Assembly (NCBI GenBank): GCA_964016885.1
Contig: OZ024740.1
Coordinates: forward strand, 339,140,001-339,204,000
Direction: 5' to 3'
Length of the DNA stretch: 64,000 nucleotides
From: Eledone cirrhosa
Taxonomy: Eukaryota
The notes under the pieces were generated by a model, which saw nothing but the letters and a program-made list of their open reading frames with translations, was not told the origin of the DNA and did not search any database. This document shows positions 56,179 to 64,000 of the stretch, in pieces. Within the stretch, counting starts at the first letter, position 1; every line of letters begins with the position of its first letter. The position numbers and the translations under genes were made by a program.

Positions 56179-56411
56179 CGACAAAAAACACGCAGTCCAC
56201 GCTGTAAATGTGGCCGTGTAGGCAACACGGTAAAAACCTCCCAGCCCCACACTGTAAATGTGGTTGGTGTTAGGAAGGGCATCCAGCTGTAGAAAACCCG
56301 CCAGACAGTCCTATGCGAGCAAGACAACCACTCTTGCCTCAAGTGGGAAAACCCCCGTCCAAACCCATGCAAGCGTGGAACACGGACGCTAAACCTGATG
56401 ATGATGATGAT
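56179..56411 (+). mobile_element. SINE 3' part with (GAT)n tail; relatives at ~58870-59112 and ~63850-64000
   Basis: GTGGTTGGTGTTAGGAAGGGCATCCAGCTGTAGAAA..CCCATGCAAGCGTGGAA..GATGATGAT. Confidence 0.75.
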
Positions 56412-56414
56412 AAT

Positions 56415-56475
<61 letters not shown>

Positions 56476-56538
56476 TATAATATATATATAATATATATAT
56501 AATATATATAATATATAATATATATATATATATATAAT

Positions 56539-56572
<34 letters not shown>

Positions 56573-56587
56573 ATATATATATATATA

Positions 56588-56750
56588 CAATATTAAATAA
56601 ATGGAAACTATATTTATAAAACCATATTTATTTCATTATATATATTTCGGGGATATCATATTAATAATATGCTATGCCTTCCTCAGACAAAATACAATAT
56701 AAACAGTTTTATAGATAAATAGATATATAATATATAATATATATATATAT

Positions 56751-56794
<44 letters not shown>

Positions 56795-56995
56795 TATATA
56801 TATATTGTATTTTGTCTGAAGAGGGCATACCATATTTTTATCCCTGAAATATATATAATGAAATAAATATGGTTTTATAAATGTAGTTTCCATTTGTTTA
56901 ATATCGTAAAATACTCCAAAACTTGTTGAGTGCTTTTATATCAGTTATAAAATATTTACTCGTTGCAACCCAACAATTTTAAATAAAACTTTTGC
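56588..56995. mobile_element. Second locus of the 6278-6735 HHR family: two divergent arms separated by TA
   Basis: Left arm 56588-56724 (minus HHR); right arm 56803-56995 with CTGAAGA-GGG..CCT-GAAA. Confidence 0.85.
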
Positions 56996-57198
56996 ATATA
57001 ATATATATATATATAATATATATATATATATATAATATATATATATATATATAATAATTCTATATATATAAGGTACAGTGAAAATGAACACTTGAAAAAT
57101 AAATTCATGCTATATATATTTTCAAGTATCTTTCCATTTCTACTTATAATATTATTGTTATATTGGGTTTTCTCTGCTAAATGCATTGTGCAGAAAAG

Positions 57199-57248
<50 letters not shown>

Positions 57249-59639
57249 TCATTAAAATGAGTTAAGTACTTGGGTCGATGTAATTGACTTACCTCTCCTA
57301 CCAAATTGTTGGCTTTGTATCTAAATTAAAAACTATTATTGGACAACCTTATTGAAGCATAGAATTTCCCTATACTTGTAGAACTAATGATGAGGAAAAC
57401 ACTAAATATATATATACAATATTGCTTATGCTTAGTAGTGAAACGATTGTATACTGAATAGAATGAATTACTTATGTTTATTACCTAGCTGTGCTATGAT
57501 GATGATGCACAATAGATATGTTAGTGATAATCTATTTAGTATAGTGAGCATCAAATATCTATGTAGTAAAATACTTAATATTTCAGTTATTTCAGGCATA
57601 TCCAGAATATAACTTCTGACATGTTTCTGACATATTAGACCTCATTAGTAAAGCATATACTTCACTACACTTGCTGAAAGTAGTTACAATAGAATCACAG
57701 TACAGGCCATGATGCCAGCCGCTTCCTCAAATACAGTAATAATCTCCACAAGTAGGCTTGAAAATTTATCATATTTCAAAAAAACTATATCAATATATCG
57801 TGGAGATTAATCTACTTAAAAAACAAATATTCTGCAATGAATACTACAGCAAGTAGTTAGACAGAGCACTTATCTAAACTGGTATGACCCACACTCTAGT
57901 GATATTACTCAATTTTAATGAATATATGAAAGGACTTGAATAAAGTAATTATTTCAACGTTATTGACTAAATCACTGTTTCTTTATACACTAGAATATAT
58001 TGAGTTGTTTTTATCTGTAGAATATTACTTAATTATCTATTGTATAATTTTTATGTATAATTTTTTTAAATTTAATTAGAGGCTAATGTTGATTTTAGTT
58101 ATTAAGAATATTATCACATTCACTAAACGAGTTGTGTGTTTGTTTCTGATTAAACTTATATTGATTTTTACTTTATTAAAAATGTTGAGTACACAAGCAC
58201 ACACTCACATACACATAGATAATTATATGTATATATACGCACTCACATATATTTGTGTATGATTCATTTAGGCTGATCCAGTAGCCTGTTATTTTATTTT
58301 GGACACAAACACATATTAAAATATTTTTTTGTTTAAATATTGAATGTTTTCAATATACATTACATATAAATAAAATTGATCTACCTATTCGATATTAATT
58401 GTAACTATTAAACCTTTTTCTATCAAAACGCCTGAAACTGACCCTTATGATACTAAGCTGATTGTCTGAAAACCCCATCCATCATAATTTAATGTTAGAA
58501 CATTTATCTTATTCTCCAAACATTAGCTTAATATTGAGAACATTTTTTTATATTACTAAATCCCTCCAAATGTTTGATTATTTCCGAAATTATTTGAGAA
58601 TCATAGGTAGTGTTACTTTAATTTAGTATTAAATAATTATAAGGACAATTTCGAGCTTCAATTGGTAATATTATTGGCAATAATAGGGTGATAAATTGTA
58701 CTTATTTCAGTTCTCTGTGTTCTGATTTAAAATCCTATCAAGGTCGACTTTGACTTGATGCTTCTGAGGTCAGAACAAAGTACTGGGGTGAATATAATAG
58801 GCTAACCCTTTACAACAAATTTTCCAATCAAAATTTAACATCCATTTAAATGGTTTTTGGAAATAATGATAGGTGCCATGATAAAATCCTTACAGTTCAT
58901 TCTATAAAGTGGTTGTGTTGGTACCATGGTAAAATGCACCTAGTACATTCTGTAAAGGGGTTGACTTTAGGAAAGACATCCAGCTATAGAAACCATGCCA
59001 AAATATAGGATGTATGAGCAAGATGTAGGTATCAGACCTATCTTGCCTGAGACCATAATGACTTGTCCAACCCATACCAACATAGAAAACGGACATAAAA
59101 TATTGATGATGATAAATAAATGTCTGTTTTTATTCTGATTGTCTCATAAGTTTAGTTTTAAAATTAACAGTTTTGAAATATGTCATATGCTGAGAAATGT
59201 TTCTTTTTTGTTTTGTTTCATTTTTATCCTTACATTGTTTATGTATCGGCTTATGTCAGTATTAATAGGTCTTGATGATAAGTTTTTGGCAACATTAGAG
59301 CTGAAAGTATGAATATTAATGCTGCCAAAAGTAATCAACTCTTGGCATCCTTTATTATACAATCAACTCTTTTTTTGTGGAATTATCTTATATTTTAGTC
59401 TCCTTAGGCTCTCTTCTTGTAGCCTGTTTGAGTTGGCTGGGTAATTGCTTATTTACTAATAACTATATTTTGTAGCTTTATGTAGGAATTGATAATTAGT
59501 AACAGGTCATTTGGCTTCAGAAATACAAGATAAATAATGATGTTGATGATTGTTATTATTATTATTGTTGCTGTTGTTTTTACTATTATTATTATTTCTT
59601 GTCCCAAACAATTTAGGCTGTTGTGACCAATAATAACAA

Positions 59640-59780
59640 TGATTTCTAATTTAGGTACAAGGTCAATAATTTGTGGGGAGGTGGAAGTCAGTTACATTGA
59701 CTGCTACTTATTTTATTGAGCCTGGAAGGATGAAAGAGAAAACTGACCTCAGCCGTATTTGAACCAAGAACATAAAAACT
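59640..59780 (-). mobile_element. Degenerate SINE related to 23818-23989; other fragments at ~27020-27140, 57265-57340, 58715-58830, 60015-60110
   Basis: GTTCAAATACGGCTGAGGTCAG..TTTCATCCTTCCAGGCTCAATAAAATAAGTA on the minus strand. Confidence 0.65.
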
Positions 59781-60974
59781 CACACTTTATCTGACACTCT
59801 ACCGATAATGATAATACAACAAGCATTCTAAGACTATTTCCCCCACTAAACACAGGGGTTAGGCTTGTGGTCCCATGATATGGGATCCTTTCTGAATCAA
59901 TGTTTTACAGCCAGATGCCCTTCTTGGTGCCAACACTTTTAGTCACCTTTAATGACACAAGGATATGGTGTATCTATTCTAAATTGGATACAGACAGCCA
60001 ATGATAATAATAATGGCTTCTTATTTTCGCACAAAGCCAATGCTTTTATGGGGGAAGGTGAAATTTTATTAAATCAACCCTAGTATTTAACTGGTACTTT
60101 ATTTTTAGTCAATAATAACAATTCTAAACTGAATATAACAAAATACAGTGGGAGGCAAGGGTTATGTCAAGTAAAAAATACTAACAGATAACAATCAATA
60201 TAAAAATAAAAGAATCCAAAATAGAGGAGAGGCAACCACATAAGCCTAATAAAGTAAACTCACAAATCCACTATCACCTTGTCAGCAATGACAACAGCTC
60301 TTTCACAGTAATCATTCCTGAATTATAAGCACATACTGCAAGTGCATCCAATCTCTCAAGCCAAGCTTACCACTCTCACCAGATCTTCAACAAATTTACT
60401 TCAAGGCACCTTCTCTCTCTCCATCCAGACTTCCTTTCCAAATGAAACTTGAAAACAGTAAATGAGGAAACGTTTGTAGGTAGTTAAGATATCCGAAATA
60501 TTTATATTAATAATTATATTTTTGTACAAATTTCCCTGAAGCAAAACAATAACAGGAAAGAAATTTCTTGTCTTGAAGTTTCCACTAATTTTTCTATTAT
60601 AATTTTTTTTTTTTATTATTATACAAAAAACATTTTTTGGCTAAAGAAAGAAAAAATAGCATGTAACCAATTTTATGGAGGGAATAAGTAATATTTAGTT
60701 TCTTAAAATTGAAGCAAAAGTATGTTTATGTATTGTGTGTGTATGTGTGTGTGTGTATGTATATATATATATGTGTGCGTGTGTGTATATATATATACAG
60801 TATATAATAAATAAAAAGCCAAAAATATATACCATTTTATTGTTTTAATGGTTCCAAACATTAGACTATAGCTATGCTCACATATTGCCTTGATTTAGTA
60901 AATCTTATCAACCTTACTACTTTTTTTTTTTTCAAATTTGGTAGTTATTTTGTCAATCTGAGTTTTACCAGCAG

Positions 60975-62690
60975 GTCTCTGGGGTAGCTATCGAAGCCAG
61001 AATGGTTCCCTAACTAAGCCAACTTATTCATTAGGTATGTTGAAGCCTAGATCTACTCCCAGTACACTGCACTTACACCTGAGCTATATGGTCATTATAT
61101 CGATGATTGTATCGGCACCCTTTCTCTCCCATGAGCAACATAATGCCTTTCTTTCCTTCATCCAGTCTTTTCATCCTAACCTTACCTTCACCACCTCTGT
61201 CTCTGATTCTTTTGTCCAATTTCTTGACATCTTTCTCTATCGATCACATGCACCACTTCCATCTTCTACAAATCAACTAATTTCCACTTCTATCTCAACT
61301 TCATCTGCTCCCACTCAACCCACACCAAACTCTCTATATCCTACTCCCAATTCCTCCATCTTCGTCGACTCTACAGCCAGGACCATGATTTTGAGATCCA
61401 GTCTCAACACATGGCTTCTCGCTTCATCCAGTAAGGATATCCTCCTACAGGGATTCAAACTACCCTTACCCACACCCCTGATACTGATACTGACCACACC
61501 ACAGCCCTCTTAAAATCCACCACCCCACCCCCGCCTTCCTTTCTGACCCTGTCACTTTTCGCTTCTTTCCCAACCCAACTATCACTCCCTTTAAGCATGC
61601 CCATAATCTCATGTGACCTTCTTGTACACAGTTCCTCTTCCTCCTACCCTAGGACTCCACATGGCTCCCATCTCTGTTTCTGCAGAACCTAATTTTTCGT
61701 CTTGGAGCTACTTTTCTGAATGGACTCAGTTCCCCCCACAGTTCCTATAACATCCCTTTATCCTTGCTTTCACACACAAACACATGCACAACCCCAGCCA
61801 CCACCCAATACACACCCATATTTATGACATCCGTATATACCACCCAACACACATCTACCTCTGCACATAACCTTCAAAATTCTACACTTTCTGATGTTTG
61901 TATGTGCATGTGGCCGCACAAACTACCGACTCACACATTCCAGGGCTCATGCCTAAGGGTGCAAGTGTGCTTGTATCTCTAGCACATGTGTCTGAGTTTG
62001 CATGACACTCAGTGCCACGGGTGTGACACCTTCACTATTGAATGTTTCCTAACATTTACCCTTCTCCCACCATTTCCCAATTCTATCCACCTCTACGTTA
62101 GTAGTGACTTCACATTTTTTTAGCCTAGTCATTTATGGTTGCACCACCATATTGTCGTACCTGAAGCTAGTCAACTCCTCTCATGACCATACCACGAAAT
62201 GAAATGTAATGGCAATGATCATATTCATTACCACCTCCTTTTCTACACAGCCCCTCACAGCTGCTACAGTGTGTGTCTATCTGTATGTATATCTAGAAAT
62301 TCATATACATTCTTGTACAACCCATTGTACAACATTGGTCAGTTCACACTCACTCACACATCCACACTCTCACACATACATTCACGCACGCACGTCCACC
62401 CCAGCTATACAATAATTACCTCCCTTCCTAAACCTCTTTAATGTGAAAGATACCTCTTGACCAGCATATCTCCAAAATGGCTGGCTGAGTACGCCAGTAT
62501 GTGTTCTTTTTTTTGTTGTTTTCTTTTTTCTTGGTTTTTTCTGTTCCTTCCACTTCTCACTCTTTATTTTTCTATTTCACTTTTCTTTCCTTAATTCTAT
62601 CTTCTAATGAACAACTAGTGTCCAAAACGTTAAGACGTCTATCTTGTTATTTCTTCAATGTGCTGTGTCGTTTGCTTTGTTATTTCTATT
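60975..62690 (+). mobile_element. Old decayed PLE (RT B'-C-thumb remnants; degenerate HHR at ~62600-62635)
   Basis: GVAIEARM..ANLFIRYVE, YIDDCIG, FHPNLTFT..FLDI, SYSQFLHLRRLYS..GYP; TCTT-CTAATGA..AAAACGTT-AAGA. Confidence 0.75.
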
Positions 62691-63430
62691 TACTTTTTAC
62701 ACACATATGTGTGTGTGTATATATAAAAACGTATATCTGTGTGTGTATATATACATATATATGTATGTATGTGTGTGTGTGTATATATATATATATAAGA
62801 GTGAGTGAGTGAGAGAGAGAGAACAAATAGACAGCATCTTTGGCAGAGAACGTTTTAGAACATTTGCTCTACACCTGTTTGTCTTACATTTGTGCTCCAT
62901 ATATTATAAATAAAAAAATTTTGTGACGATTTTCACTGACAAACAAAAAACTGTGCAGTTATTATGATATAGGTTGAGGTTTTGTCTTTCAGAATGTTAT
63001 ATTTATGATTCTGTACTAGGCAAGAAGACAAAAAAAAATAACTAGGAATTACAAAATATACTCTAAATGTAATTAAAGGTTCAGTTTTTAACAGCTGAAG
63101 ACATTTCCAATCAGTTCTAATTTATTTGTAGAATGAATATTTACTGACACCCCCCCTTCCAAATTGCCCTGCACACCATGAAATGTTTTGATTTTAACAA
63201 TCAACAATTAAGAAAAGCGTAAATGGACAAATAAATTAGCTAATTATTTTAGGCATTTATAATTCATCATTTTCAATACAGCTCTAATACATTGTGACAT
63301 CTTCTTAAACTAATCATGATGCCACACAATCTATCCATCTATCACGAGTATTTCAAAACGTTCACCAATAAAATCCGTTTCTGTTGTTGTAAAATAAATC
63401 ACTGAAATCTTAAACAGATTTTAGAATTAC

Positions 63431-63510
63431 CTTCCATCGCTTTGAATTATGTTGGATCTAACACTATCTTCTTTTCTGATCTCTTTAAGTTGAGCCTTCA
63501 AACATGATTC
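63431..63510 (-). CDS. Possible 80-nt host exon, product unknown
   Basis: AG|ESCLKAQLKEIRKEDSVRSNIIQSDG|GTAATT; weak polypyrimidine tract; no recognisable homology. Confidence 0.22.
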
Positions 63511-64000
63511 CTTTATACAAGACATTATATTATATGACAAGTAAGATCCTCTACATGGCAATTTATATTTCATATATGCATTCAACACACACACACATAT
63601 ACACATACTTACTTTAAGACACAAATTTAAAATGCCTATGGACGAAATTTCTATTTATATTCATCGGGGTACTTGGCTAATGTTGATTTGTACAGCTAGG
63701 ATGAGCTTTTGTGCTTGCACCATTTCTTTCCAACATTTGAAAATCTTTCTCATTCGATTTTTATTGTTCACTACCATGCAATATCATATTTTATATACAA
63801 ACATCAAGGTATATGTATGTGTGTGTGAGAACGAGAGGGAGAGAAGTAATAGTGGTGGTGCAGCAATGATAGAATCCACCCAGTACACTTTTTAAACTGG
63901 CTTGTGTTAAGAAGGGCATCTAGTGGTAGAAACCATACCCAAAACAAAAAGAACTCGCATATTCAACCCATGACAGTATAGAAAAATATGTAAATTGATA

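Overview
AT-rich eukaryotic intergenic or intronic DNA. The SINE types, long (TA)n/(CA)n tracts and LINE content suggest a cephalopod (octopus-like) genome; this is inference. No host gene is securely visible. A large part of the window is (TA)n microsatellite, which produces all the YIYI-type ORFs, and there is a 200-N gap at 54382-54581. The rest is retroelements: at least six Penelope-like element (PLE) insertions with RT and/or GIY-YIG coding remnants, a near-full-length decayed L1/Tx1 LINE, RTE and CR1-like fragments, and SINEs. The main signal is about 11 different type-I hammerhead ribozyme (HHR) motif families, mostly in short inserts inside TA tracts. They include U3-A8, C4 and U10.1/U11.1 core variants. 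There is a 312-bp, highly structured, non-coding tandem array with one minimal HHR per monomer (retrozyme-like). Nine insertions share the same inverted architecture with both 3' ends pointing outward. All folds were read by eye; nothing was computed or searched.
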